A stretch of 52,759 nt of DNA from Patescibacteria group bacterium (GTDB lineage: Bacteria > Patescibacteriota > Minisyncoccia > 2-02-FULL-40-12), in contig JBBTXZ010000010.1 of NCBI GenBank assembly GCA_038062015.1, positions 1-52,759 of the forward strand, given 5' to 3'. Positions 40,900-50,559 of the stretch are shown here, in pieces. The position numbers were made by a program, and so were the translations under genes. Position 1 is the first letter of the stretch, and every line of letters begins with the position of its first letter. A model generated the notes under the pieces. That model saw nothing but the letters and a program-made list of their open reading frames with translations. It was not told where the DNA came from and made no database searches.

Positions 40900-42399
40900 A
40901 TGAACAGATATGAGCCGGTAATCGGGCTTGAAATCCATACCCAGTTAAAGACCAAAACCAAGATGTTTTGCGATTCAAGAAACGACCCGGACGAGAAGCA
41001 TCCGAATGTGAATATATGCGAAGTTTGCGCAGGCCAGCCCGGAACCTTGCCGGTTGCCAATTTGGAGGCGATAAAAAAGACTATTCTTCTTGGCATGGCT
41101 TTGGATTGTAAAATCGCCGAGCACACTTTTTTTGAGAGAAAGAATTATTTTTACCCGGACCTGCCGAAGGGTTACCAAATATCCCAGTATCAGGCGCCGC
41201 TTTGCGAAAATGGGGAGCTGGTTATTGATGGTAGAAAAATTAGGATAAGGAGGATACACATTGAAGAAGATACCGGAAGATTACTTCATAATCCAAATGG
41301 AAAATACAGCCTGATTGATTTTAACCGGGCCGGAGTGCCGCTTTTGGAGTTAGTTACTGAACCTGATTTGCGTTCGGGCGAGGAGGTTAAAAAATTCGGC
41401 GAAGAATTGCAGATGATTTTAAGATATCTTGGTATCTCGGACGCTGATATGCAGAAAGGCCAGATGCGGGTTGAAGTGAATATATCACTTTGGAAGCCAG
41501 AAGCCGGAGGCTGGAGGCCGGAGAAGTTAGGAGCAAAGGTGGAGTTAAAAAATATAAATTCGTTCAAGTTTGCCGCTCAAGCGGTTGATTATGAAATTAA
41601 AAGGCAGACCGAATTTTTGGAAAACGGAAAAAAAATAATTCAGGAAACTAGGGGTTGGGACGAGATGAAACAGGAAACCTTTTCTCAAAGAACCAAAGAA
41701 GAAGCCCAGGATTATCGTTACTTTCCAGAACCGGATCTACCGCCGATAAATACGAAAAATTTGGACTTGGAAGGAATCAAAGCGATGTTGGTTGAATTGC
41801 CCAGTCAAAGACGCGAAAGATTTAAAAAATTATACAATCTGCCGGAACACGATGTTGACGTTTTAACCGTAAATAAACAACTTGGCGATTATTTTGAGAA
41901 AGTGGTTTCGGAGCTGAAAGGATGGGATAAATTAAGCCATATCAAAAAGCCGCCACAAGAACACGAAGAAAGATTGGTCAAATTAGCATCCAACTATTTG
42001 ATTACCGAGTTGGCCAAATTACTATACGAAAGAGGAACTGGCTTGGAAGAAATGGAGCATATTAAAATAACTCCGGAGAATTTTGCCGAATTCATTGCCC
42101 GGATTTATCATCAGGAGATTTCATCTTCCGGTGCGCAGGTTTTATTAAAAGAAATGTTTGAAACCGGAGAAGATCCAAGCGTGATTATAGAGAAAAAAGA
42201 TTTAGCCCAGGTTTCGGATGTCGCAGAACTCGAAATTGCGGCGAAAGAAGTTATTGCTAAAAACCCAAAGCCAGTTGAGGATTACAAAAAAGGTAAAAAA
42301 GAATCTTTGCAATTCTTAGTTGGGCAGGTGATGAAGAAGACCAAAGGAAAAGCCAATCCGCAGGTGGCGAGAGAGGTTTTAAAAAAAGAGCTTAAATAG
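40900..42399 (+). CDS. gatB: Asp/Glu-tRNA amidotransferase subunit B
   Basis: VIGLEIH.QL.T.TKMFC, RKNYFYPDLPKGYQISQ, DYRYFPEPDL. Confidence 0.98.
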   Translation: MNRYEPVIGLEIHTQLKTKTKMFCDSRNDPDEKHPNVNICEVCAGQPGTLPVANLEAIKKTILLGMALDCKIAEHTFFERKNYFYPDLPKGYQISQYQAPLCENGELVIDGRKIRIRRIHIEEDTGRLLHNPNGKYSLIDFNRAGVPLLELVTEPDLRSGEEVKKFGEELQMILRYLGISDADMQKGQMRVEVNISLWKPEAGGWRPEKLGAKVELKNINSFKFAAQAVDYEIKRQTEFLENGKKIIQETRGWDEMKQETFSQRTKEEAQDYRYFPEPDLPPINTKNLDLEGIKAMLVELPSQRRERFKKLYNLPEHDVDVLTVNKQLGDYFEKVVSELKGWDKLSHIKKPPQEHEERLVKLASNYLITELAKLLYERGTGLEEMEHIKITPENFAEFIARIYHQEISSSGAQVLLKEMFETGEDPSVIIEKKDLAQVSDVAELEIAAKEVIAKNPKPVEDYKKGKKESLQFLVGQVMKKTKGKANPQVAREVLKKELK

Positions 42400-42699
42400 T
42401 TACTTACACTCTCCTTGATGCGCAACCTCTGCTCCGGCGGCAGAGGCGAAACAGGAGTTCGAATATGTCCGGTTATCTTTCCCGCAGACCGGATCATAAA
42501 TCAAAATGCAAGCTACTTCGCCGCCTTCAGCTTTTTTAGTGTCTTCCTGGAGCTGGTTCAAAAGGTTTTCCAGTTTTTGAATTTCTATTTGGATTTCTTC
42601 GGCTGTTTGAGGCGGTTTGTTTTTTTGACTGTTCCAAATCAAGTAGCCGACCAATGCCGCAACGGCAACTATTAGTATTACTGCTAAAGTTTTTTTCAT
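42400..42699 (-). CDS. Membrane-anchored Kazal-type protease inhibitor domain protein
   Basis: C..IYDPVCG.D.RTYSNSC.A......H.GEC. Confidence 0.88.
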   Translation of the reverse strand: MKKTLAVILIVAVAALVGYLIWNSQKNKPPQTAEEIQIEIQKLENLLNQLQEDTKKAEGGEVACILIYDPVCGKDNRTYSNSCFASAAGAEVAHQGECK

Positions 42700-42743
42700 C
42701 AGGAGTCCAGCTTACAAATAATGATATATCATTATTTGTAAGC

Positions 42744-43982
42744 TCATATTGTTTTATCGACTATTTCTTTTTTCATTTTTTCGATTAATTTCTCTATTTT
42801 AATTTCCCGCCCTTGGCGAGGCTCGTCCTTGGCGGCTTCTTCCTTGTCTTTGTGTCGAACATTGACTGATTTGTTTTTTTCTTCTTTTTCGCCGATAACC
42901 AAAATATAGGGGATTTTTTGAAGTTCGGCTTCGCGGATTCTTTTGGGTAAAGTTTCTCCGGAGCCGTAAATCTCGGCGCGGATTCCGCTTTCTTTCAGTT
43001 CCTCAAGAATTTTTCCGGCGGATTTTTGCTGTTTTTCCGAAACCGCAATCAAAACCGCCTGCACCGGCGCAAGCCACAAAGGAAAAGCGCCCTGGAAATG
43101 TTCAGTCAGTACGCCAATAAATCTTTCAAAAGTTCCGAAGATTGCCCGATGAATAATCGCCGGCCTTTGGGGCTTTCCGTTTTCATCTATGTATTCTAGT
43201 TCCATTCTTTCAGGAATTTGGAAATCAAGCTGGGCGGTGGCCAGAGTCCAGGTTCTATCCAAAGAATCTTTAATATCAAAATGAACCTTTGGTCCGTAAA
43301 AAGCGCCTTCGCCCTCAAGGACTTTATATTTGAGCTCTGCTTCTTTAAGTGCTTTTTCCAAAAACTTTTCGGCTTCGTCCCATAATTTTTTATCGCCCAT
43401 CGCTTTTTCGGGACGGGTGGCCAAGCCATACGAAACCGGCAAGCCGAGTTTTCTATAGAACTCTTCGGTCATCTCGAGTATTTTTACGAATTCTGATTTT
43501 ATCTGGTCTTTGCGGCAATAAATATGGGCGTCGTCCATGGTAAATTGACGGACCCGGAAGAGCCCTCCCAAGACACCGGACAATTCATTGCGGTGAAGCC
43601 GGCCAAGCTCGGCCAGCCGCAAAGGCAGGTCGCGGTAGCTTCTGATTTTCGTTTGGTAAACCAAGGCGCTTTCGGGGCAGTTCATCGGTTTTAAGTAAAA
43701 TGTCTGGGCTGGTTCATTTTCTTCACCAACAAGAACTTTAAACATATTTTCTTTGTAGTTTTCCAGATGCCCTGATTTTTTGAAAAGTTCTTCCTTGACC
43801 ATAATCGGTGTTGAGATTTCCTGATAGCCGTTTTGGTCTTGGAGTTCCCGGATATATTTTTCCAGTTCTTTGAAAATTATCATTCCTTTGTGGTGCCAAA
43901 ACGGCGCTCCCGGCGCCACTTCGTGAAAACTAAAAAGATCAAGCTCTCTGCCGATATCGCGGTGGTCTTTCGATTCGTTCAT
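42744..43982 (-). CDS. thrS: Threonyl-tRNA synthetase lacking N-terminal TGS/editing domains
   Basis: Starts at DHRDIG; LKPMNCP, HRNE.SG.L.GLFRVRQF.MDDAH, GAFYGPK, IHRAI.G.FERF. Confidence 0.96.
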   Translation of the reverse strand: MNESKDHRDIGRELDLFSFHEVAPGAPFWHHKGMIIFKELEKYIRELQDQNGYQEISTPIMVKEELFKKSGHLENYKENMFKVLVGEENEPAQTFYLKPMNCPESALVYQTKIRSYRDLPLRLAELGRLHRNELSGVLGGLFRVRQFTMDDAHIYCRKDQIKSEFVKILEMTEEFYRKLGLPVSYGLATRPEKAMGDKKLWDEAEKFLEKALKEAELKYKVLEGEGAFYGPKVHFDIKDSLDRTWTLATAQLDFQIPERMELEYIDENGKPQRPAIIHRAIFGTFERFIGVLTEHFQGAFPLWLAPVQAVLIAVSEKQQKSAGKILEELKESGIRAEIYGSGETLPKRIREAELQKIPYILVIGEKEEKNKSVNVRHKDKEEAAKDEPRQGREIKIEKLIEKMKKEIVDKTI

Positions 43983-44087
43983 TTACTCTTGAGATTACCA
44001 AATGGAGAGAAGAAAATCAAAACTAATTTTTTAAATTGCGGATAAATTTGTGATTTTTGATAGAAGTTGGTATTTTAGATAAATCTT

Positions 44088-44313
44088 ATGAATAAGATTT
44101 TAGTATCTCCACAAGGCAAACTTTTTTGGCAAGGTAAAGAATATAAATGATAATCCGCCAATTTCAGGAAAGGGTAGTGCTATTTTTATGCATATAACTA
44201 GATCCGAATTTACGCCGACGGACGGGTGTATCGCGTTGGATTTGCAGAGTCTTTTAGAAATTGTAGAATCAATTACCCCAAGTGCGGAAATATGTATTCA
44301 AGGCGAAAAGTAA
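44088..44313 (+). pseudogene. L,D-transpeptidase-family pseudogene with internal deletion/frameshift
   Basis: MNKILVSPQGKLFWQGKEYK* joined out of frame to NDNPPISGKGSAIFMH...PTDGCIAL (catalytic H..GC motif). Confidence 0.7.
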
Positions 44314-44472
44314 AGGAGGATAGTTATGGATGGGATAGAAAAAGGGATTCAGTTAGGCCGCATGGTCCCGTCCAGCGGCCTTTCGTTTTCCGGCTCTAAA
44401 ATTTTTTATAATCATCTACTTAATTAGATTACACGTGTAATCTAATTAATAACGTTAAATTAATTCATTTAT

Positions 44473-47400
44473 TTACGAGAGTGTCGCTACCGGCGTTACT
44501 TCCTGGCATACGATCTTCGGCACGCCATCCTTCTCATTGACCCGGCCCGAGACCACAACAATATTATTTTCCTGCCACAGCGCCGGATTTTTTTGGATCA
44601 GGTCGTTGAAAACAATAAGTTCCACTTTTGAATTTACATCTTCAATCTGGGAAAAAATCATAGGCTGATTATTGCGGGTAAGAACTTTTTGGATTCTGGT
44701 CAGGAGTCCGCCGATTTTCACGTTTTGCCCTATTTTTGAAAAAATTTCTTTTATCTCAGAAACTTTATAATCAAGTTTTAATTTTTCCTGATAATCCTTC
44801 ATCGGATGCTCCGAAATAAAAAGCCCAAGCAGTTCTTTTTCCCAATTTATTTTTTCCCATTTGCTCAAAGCCGGCGCTTCTTTTAATCGTAGAGGCGGTA
44901 ACTGAATTTCAGTTTGACCAAAGAGGCTTACCTGTCCGAATGACTTATGTTTTTGGATTTCCCGGGCGTATAAGAGCAGATCCTCAAGGTTATATAAAAA
45001 TGTGTTTCTTTGGCCAAGAGAATCCAGCGCCCCGCACTTAATCAAACTCTCAAGCGATTTTTTGTTGAGATCTTTGTGCCGGACCCGGCTGATAAAGTCT
45101 TCCAAAGAAATAAATTTACCACCCGTTTCTCTTTCTTGGATTATCGCTTGAACGATATTTCCCCCGACATTTTTAATTGAGAGGAGACCGAAACGAATTT
45201 TTGCTTCTTTGCTGTCTCCCGGAATAACCGAGAAAAGCGCGAAACTTTCGTTGATATCTGGCGGCAAGACCGAAATTTTCATAGCGACACCTTCATCAAT
45301 CAGGAAAGAGATTTTTTCCACGTCGCCCGAATGGCTATTCATCAAGGCGGCCATAAATTCAACCGGATAATGGGTTTTGAGATAAGCGGTTTGGTAGGAA
45401 ATCATAGCGTAAGAAACCGCATGGCTCAAATTGAACCCATAGCGGTTGAAGGGTTCAATCAAGGCCCAGAATTTTTTGGCAATTTCCGGCGGCGTTTCGT
45501 TTTTCAGCGCACCTTCCATAAATTTTGCTTCTTGTTCGTAAAGTAGTTTCTTAATTTTTTTACCGACTGCTTTTCGCAAAACATCTGCTTCGGCCAAGGT
45601 AAAACCCGCCAAAGCCTGAACTGCTTCTAAGAGTTGTTCTTGGAAAATCATTATGCCGTAGGTATTTTTTAAAATTGGTTCTAACTTCGGATGAAGATAT
45701 TCAACTTTTCTCTTGCCGTATTTACGGGCGATGAATTCAGGAATAAGTTCCATTGGGCCCGGGCGATATAAGGAAATCATTATGGCAATATCTTCAAATT
45801 CGGTTGGCTTAAGTTCTTTCAAGTAACGCCGCATACCATCTCCTTCAAGTTGAAACACACCTGCAGTCTTTGCTTCTCTCAAAAGCCGAAATGTTTCTTT
45901 GTCGTCAAGCGGAATTTCATCAATATTTATTTTAATCCCGTGAATTTTTTCAATCAGCCTCAAAGCGTTTTCAATAATAGTCAGATTGGCCAAGCCCAAG
46001 AAGTCCATTTTTAAAAGACCAAGATCTTCAACCGAACGCATCTCGTATTGGGTAATAACTGTGTTCCCGCCACGCTGAGCGTGGCTCGTTGGGACGCTAA
46101 GCGTCCCGTTTTGAACCGACTCCCTATCTTTATTTTTTTCGGCAGTGGCCCGCTGCAACGGCACTTGTTCAATAAGAGGTTCTTTGGTGATAACCACGCC
46201 GCAGGCGTGAGTGGAAGCGTGGCGGGCCACGCCTTCAAGCCGCATCGCCGAATCAATCAGGCTTTTTGCTTGAGCGTCGCCGCTATATATTTCTTTCAGT
46301 TCCGTTACCAGCTCAAGAGCTTTTTTCAGAGGAAGGTTAAACGGTATGGTTTTAGCAATTTTGTCGCAAAAATCATAGCTTAGACCAAGAGCCCGGCCGG
46401 CGTCGCGAATTGCTCCCCGAGAGGCCATTGTTCCGAAAGTTATAATTTGGGCGACATGGTCATTCCCGTATTTTTTGGCCACGTAATCCAAAACTTCGTA
46501 TCTTCGAGCATCGTCAAAATCCAAATCAATATCCGGCATTGAGATTCGTGAAGGGTTTAAAAAGCGCTCAAAAATCAATCCATATTTTAGAGGATCAACT
46601 CCGGTAATATTTAAGAGGCAGGCGACAAGACTTCCTGCGACCGAGCCTCGGCCCGGCCCGACAATGATTCCCTGGGTTTTCGCCCAATTGACCAGATCCT
46701 GAACGATTAAAAAGTAAGTGGCAAAGCCGGTTTGCTTGATGACCGACAGTTCATAATCGAGCCGTTCTTTAATTTGTTCTTGGGTTGCCGCTATTGTTTT
46801 CTTTTTCAGTCCCTCATAACATAGGTATTTTAAGTATTCGTCAGCATCTTTGTATCCTTGAGGAATTTCAAAATGAGGCAGTTGGATTTTGCCAAGCTCC
46901 AATTCAAGGTTACATTTTTCGGCAATAAGCCGGGTGTTTTTAAAAATTTGGTCCAGTTCCGGTTCCGTGAGTCCGTTTATCAGTTTGAATTTTTTATAAG
47001 TTTCTTCCGGGTCGGTTAAAGAAAAATCATCTACTTTCATAGTTAGTCGATCCCTGTCATCAGTCCGGTTATTTGTCTGGACAGCCAGCAAAACATCATG
47101 AGCATGGCTGTCATCAGGTCTTAAGTAATGAGAATCTTGTGTTCCGACTAAAGGTATTTTTGTTTTTCTGGCCAGTTCCAGAATTAAAGGATTAACAAGA
47201 TTTTGGTCTTCAATGTTAGGATGCTGCTGGATTTCAAGAAAATAATTTTCTTGGCCGAAAATTTCCTGATGTTCGTATGCGACTTTTTCACCCGCTTCAA
47301 TTCCTTTATTCAAAAGCGTTTGGGAAATTTCTCCTCCAAGACAAGCGGATAAAGCAATTAGGCCTTCCGAATGCTGTTTCAGTAATTCTTTATCAACCCG

Positions 47401-47751
47401 GGGCTTGTAATAGAATCCGTCCAGGTGCGATTTAGATACGAGCTTGATTAAATTTTTGTAGCCGATTAAATTTTTTGCCAAAACTACAAGATGATATCGT
47501 TCGTCATCAATATTCGGTCTTTTATCAAGATGACTGCCGCGAGCAACGTACAATTCTACTCCGATTATCGGTTTTATTCCGGCGGCTTTTGCTTTTTTGT
47601 AAAATTCAATCGCGCCGTAAAGATTGCCGTGATCGGTCAGCGCGACTGAATCCATCCCCAATTCTTTAACCCGGGAAATTAAATCATCTATCTTTGAGAG
47701 GCCGTCCAAGAGAGAGTAGTGGGAGTGGGTATGGAGGTGAGTGAACTTCAT
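44473..47751 (-). CDS. dnaE: DNA polymerase III alpha subunit
   Basis: HLHTHSHYSLLDG PHP, GPGRGS.AGS, MPDIDLDF, LLKMDFLGL. Confidence 0.98.
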   Translation of the reverse strand: MKFTHLHTHSHYSLLDGLSKIDDLISRVKELGMDSVALTDHGNLYGAIEFYKKAKAAGIKPIIGVELYVARGSHLDKRPNIDDERYHLVVLAKNLIGYKNLIKLVSKSHLDGFYYKPRVDKELLKQHSEGLIALSACLGGEISQTLLNKGIEAGEKVAYEHQEIFGQENYFLEIQQHPNIEDQNLVNPLILELARKTKIPLVGTQDSHYLRPDDSHAHDVLLAVQTNNRTDDRDRLTMKVDDFSLTDPEETYKKFKLINGLTEPELDQIFKNTRLIAEKCNLELELGKIQLPHFEIPQGYKDADEYLKYLCYEGLKKKTIAATQEQIKERLDYELSVIKQTGFATYFLIVQDLVNWAKTQGIIVGPGRGSVAGSLVACLLNITGVDPLKYGLIFERFLNPSRISMPDIDLDFDDARRYEVLDYVAKKYGNDHVAQIITFGTMASRGAIRDAGRALGLSYDFCDKIAKTIPFNLPLKKALELVTELKEIYSGDAQAKSLIDSAMRLEGVARHASTHACGVVITKEPLIEQVPLQRATAEKNKDRESVQNGTLSVPTSHAQRGGNTVITQYEMRSVEDLGLLKMDFLGLANLTIIENALRLIEKIHGIKINIDEIPLDDKETFRLLREAKTAGVFQLEGDGMRRYLKELKPTEFEDIAIMISLYRPGPMELIPEFIARKYGKRKVEYLHPKLEPILKNTYGIMIFQEQLLEAVQALAGFTLAEADVLRKAVGKKIKKLLYEQEAKFMEGALKNETPPEIAKKFWALIEPFNRYGFNLSHAVSYAMISYQTAYLKTHYPVEFMAALMNSHSGDVEKISFLIDEGVAMKISVLPPDINESFALFSVIPGDSKEAKIRFGLLSIKNVGGNIVQAIIQERETGGKFISLEDFISRVRHKDLNKKSLESLIKCGALDSLGQRNTFLYNLEDLLLYAREIQKHKSFGQVSLFGQTEIQLPPLRLKEAPALSKWEKINWEKELLGLFISEHPMKDYQEKLKLDYKVSEIKEIFSKIGQNVKIGGLLTRIQKVLTRNNQPMIFSQIEDVNSKVELIVFNDLIQKNPALWQENNIVVVSGRVNEKDGVPKIVCQEVTPVATLS

Positions 47752-48079
47752 GACAAGTTAATTTTAGTTTTCTGAAATCAAGAGAGCAACTGTTGAAAAG
47801 ATGGAAATTAAAAAGCTACCCTCGGTCTATCGTTTTCTTCATAGGGGTAGCCCTTCTTGTAAATTGAATCTCTGTTACTTTGCTCGAGTTGCCGATAAGT
47901 AGGGCGTGTCTACCCCTTTATCCCCTACCTTATATACGGCAACTCTTCGCAAAGATACCAGCAATTTACAAGATACTTCCCAAATTCAGAAAACGATACG
48001 CCTCGCGCTTTTTACGCTTTTTAATTTCCCTTATTTATAATAACTTGAAAATTATTTTCAGTACTGCTATGTTAATTTT

Positions 48080-48540
48080 ACTTCCCAATCATGGCCCTGA
48101 TGGTGGTTTGAAAAAGGGTATTCAGGGCGAGAGTGCATCCGATAGCACAACCGAAAGGCGTAGGCGGGAAGTTCCAGCGACTGGCGAGTAGCCCAAAAGG
48201 ATGGCCTAGGGCCCTTGCGGGTTTGCACTCTCGTTAGTGAAAGGGCTTTCTTCTAACCATCGAGAAAGCTCTTTTTTCTTTTCGGGCTTCGCCGGTGCGA
48301 GCTTGGCGAGCAGCGGAATCTGAATTAAAAATTGTGAGACATATCCGTTTTCTGAACTACAAGGGAGCAGCTCACAAATAACCGAAAGAGAGTAAAAATT
48401 TGCCGGCAACAATAAAGGGTGGAGGGTCGCCCCTTTTTGTCGGCAAATTTTAATGAAGACAATTTCTTAATTACGAACGGTACTTTCTGAGGATTATTTG
48501 TCTGTGAGCTTGAGAGAAGAAAACGGATATGTCTCGCGAA
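48080..48540 (+). ncRNA. Candidate structured ncRNA(s) of unknown family
   Basis: Promoter TTGAAA-17-TATGTT at 48045-48073; multiple long stems with G-U pairs favouring the + strand; no credible ORF. Confidence 0.5.
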
Positions 48541-48583
48541 TACTTTCTTGATTGAGATTAAGCAAAGTGATACGATAAAACCC

Positions 48584-48955
48584 ATGTTAAAAATCAGGTT
48601 AATGCGAATCGGGAAAAGGGGCCAGGCCTATTTCAGGGTCGTGGTTCAGGAAGCCAGAAGCAAAAATCAAGGCAAGTACCTTGAGGATTTGGGTTCTTGG
48701 AATCCGCACCAAAATATATTCCAGATAAAAGAGGGAAGAGCGAAGCATTGGTTATCAAACGGCGCCCAGCCCTCTGACACGGTTCATAATTTTCTGGTGG
48801 ACAAAGGATTGGTTGAAGGGCCAAAGATTAAGAAAGTAAGGCCGAAGAAGAAGCAAGGCGAAGAAAAGGTTCAAGAAACAGCGCCAGCGGCAAAAACAGA
48901 AAAGGCGTCGGAAGCGCCAACTCAAGTAGAACAGCCAATTCAAGAAATCTCATAA
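48584..48955 (+). CDS. rpsP: 30S ribosomal protein S16 (probably leaderless mRNA)
   Basis: MLKIRL.R.GK.....FRVVV..LG..NP..WL..GAQPS.TV; promoter TTGATT-17-TACGAT ends 7 nt before ATG. Confidence 0.96.
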   Translation: MLKIRLMRIGKRGQAYFRVVVQEARSKNQGKYLEDLGSWNPHQNIFQIKEGRAKHWLSNGAQPSDTVHNFLVDKGLVEGPKIKKVRPKKKQGEEKVQETAPAAKTEKASEAPTQVEQPIQEIS

Positions 48956-49153
48956 AATCAAGGTTTTTGTGGTAATGTAAGTATCAGGCTGAAAAAGGCC
49001 TAAAAACAGCACTTTTATATACATCATTATATTATTTGCTAAGTTAGTTGCGGGTCAGAAAATACTTAAATAACCTCTGACCCGCAACTAATAGGCGAGC
49101 CTGGGGCTTCGGCAAGATGCCGGAGTGAGGGGCAAGCCAAAGGAGAAGAGAAA

Positions 49154-49804
49154 ATGGCAGCAAAGAACGTTTCGGCGGTGGTCTCTGGCGCGGGTTTTGC
49201 GGCGGCCTTCTGGGTCGCTTTGGACAAGGCTTGCCGCCAGCGGGGTGTTGAAGATGAGGGGATTTACAATGCTCTCAAGGATGGCAGTCCGCTCGTTGAG
49301 CGGTTTGCCGATTTCATCTCCGAATCGGCGTTGCGCGTCTTCGCGATTTGGAAGACCATCAAGCTCGGCCTTCACAAGTCGCCCGAGGCCTACGAGAATA
49401 CGTTTGAGGCCGCCAGCTTCAGGATCAGCGACTACGCGCGCAAGATTCTGAAGAAGATTTCGGTTTCCCAGACCGAGGTTGAGCTTGACCTGGTCAAGGT
49501 CACGCCTGCTGGCTTGGATCTCAAAAACCCAACCTATCAGCGGATCTGCGACCGGGCCATCGAGCTGGGACTCGAGAAGTGCCCCCGCGAAGTCGGACCG
49601 GCCCTCCGGCTGGCTTACCAGAACCAGCCCTACAGGGAGTGGCTCTGGGTGGCGATGGAGCCGGAAGCTGGTTCGGACGGCGTTCTGCGCGTGTTCGGTG
49701 TTGTTCGCGACGACGACGAGCTGTGGCTCCACGCGCTTTGGTTCTCTCCGCGGAGCACCTGGCGCGGCGACGATCGATTCGTCTTCGTCCGTCCCCGCAA
49801 GTAA
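49154..49804 (+). CDS. DGR target-like protein (CLec-type C-terminal variable region)
   Basis: AGGAG RBS; GLE.CP.EVGP.LRL.Y..QP..EW; C-terminus VF.V.RDDDELWL.A.W..P...W....RFVF; adjacent to TR/avd/RT. Confidence 0.75.
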   Translation: MAAKNVSAVVSGAGFAAAFWVALDKACRQRGVEDEGIYNALKDGSPLVERFADFISESALRVFAIWKTIKLGLHKSPEAYENTFEAASFRISDYARKILKKISVSQTEVELDLVKVTPAGLDLKNPTYQRICDRAIELGLEKCPREVGPALRLAYQNQPYREWLWVAMEPEAGSDGVLRVFGVVRDDDELWLHALWFSPRSTWRGDDRFVFVRPRK

Positions 49805-49834
49805 GACCCTTGGACATTCGGTCCTTGGGCACTC

Positions 49835-49861
49835 GACCGGTTGAGCTTGTCTCAACCGGTC
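49835..49861 (+). terminator. GC-rich hairpin after target gene (terminator and/or DGR target-recognition hairpin)
   Basis: GACCGGTTGAG-cttgt-CTCAACCGGTC followed by T-run. Confidence 0.7.
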
Positions 49862-50039
49862 TTTTTCTTTTTCAAAAAATAAACTATCATTGATTTGGCG
49901 ACGTGTTTGCGGTCACGGCTTCAAGCGGCCTCTAAAAAATAAAAGATACTTGGTATGGCAAACTAGGGTATTGTGATACCGAATTCGATACAGTCCCGAG
50001 AGCATTCAAAGGACAGTGGCACAGAAGATATTCCGTACG

Positions 50040-50155
50040 ATAATCTGGGCCGTGAACGCGAACTGGAACTCGGCTAACCGCGGCTGGAACGTGAATGCCA
50101 ACTCCGTTGAGAACCCGAACGAGTGGAATGTGGGCAACCAGGTTGTCTCTCGCTA
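50040..50155 (+). ncRNA. DGR template repeat (TR)
   Basis: 11 in-frame AAC/AAT codons between invariant codons (WAVNANWNSANRGWNVNANSVENPNEWNVGNQVVSR); upstream of RT. Confidence 0.88.
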
Positions 50156-50521
50156 CTTTTTTCTTTCTTCCGCTTTAACGGCGGAAGTTTTGCTTATCAG
50201 GCCTCTTTTCCATCCGCCGACCATTTTGCCTAAACTTTCCATATCGGTTCCGAGAACCGTATACTGATTATTAGAGATGAGTCGTGTTTCCCATAAAAGT
50301 TGAATAAAGAAACGAAGAGAATCAATTTTAACAATTGCGTCATCAAGTATTTTAATTTTTTCTTCAATTGACGAATAAACGGCTTTTCTAAGCAATTCAA
50401 GAAGTTCCAGGAATAATAAATCTATTTTTGTCCCTATGCCGAACCGTTCCGCTCTGGGGATATTGCGGTGCATTTCAACCCAGTTTTTGTAAATTGCTTT
50501 GGCCTTTTCCAAAAGAGGCAC
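50153..50521 (-). CDS. avd: DGR accessory variability determinant Avd (four-helix bundle), antisense to TR/RT
   Basis: IPR.ERF.IG.KID..FLELLE; ID.LRFF.QL.WE...I...QY; GKMVGGW. Confidence 0.88.
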   Translation of the reverse strand: MPLLEKAKAIYKNWVEMHRNIPRAERFGIGTKIDLLFLELLELLRKAVYSSIEEKIKILDDAIVKIDSLRFFIQLLWETRLISNNQYTVLGTDMESLGKMVGGWKRGLISKTSAVKAEERKK

Positions 50522-50559
50522 GCTGTTTTTTTTGGGGGGGGCTTAAGAGAATCTTTTTT

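Noticed and set aside
47880-48585. ORFs 47880-48191, 48206-48412, 48325-48585
   Set aside because: No motifs, weak starts, and overlap with strongly base-paired non-coding structure
49088-49893. Overlapping ORFs around the DGR target-like gene
   Set aside because: Shadow frames of a GC-rich gene; only 49154-49804 has an RBS and family motifs
50016-50267. 83-aa Asn-rich ORF
   Set aside because: It is the translation of the DGR template repeat and overlaps avd antisense
50428-50559. Longer RT start at 50428
   Set aside because: Lies antisense within avd; RT-like sequence begins at ATG 50560
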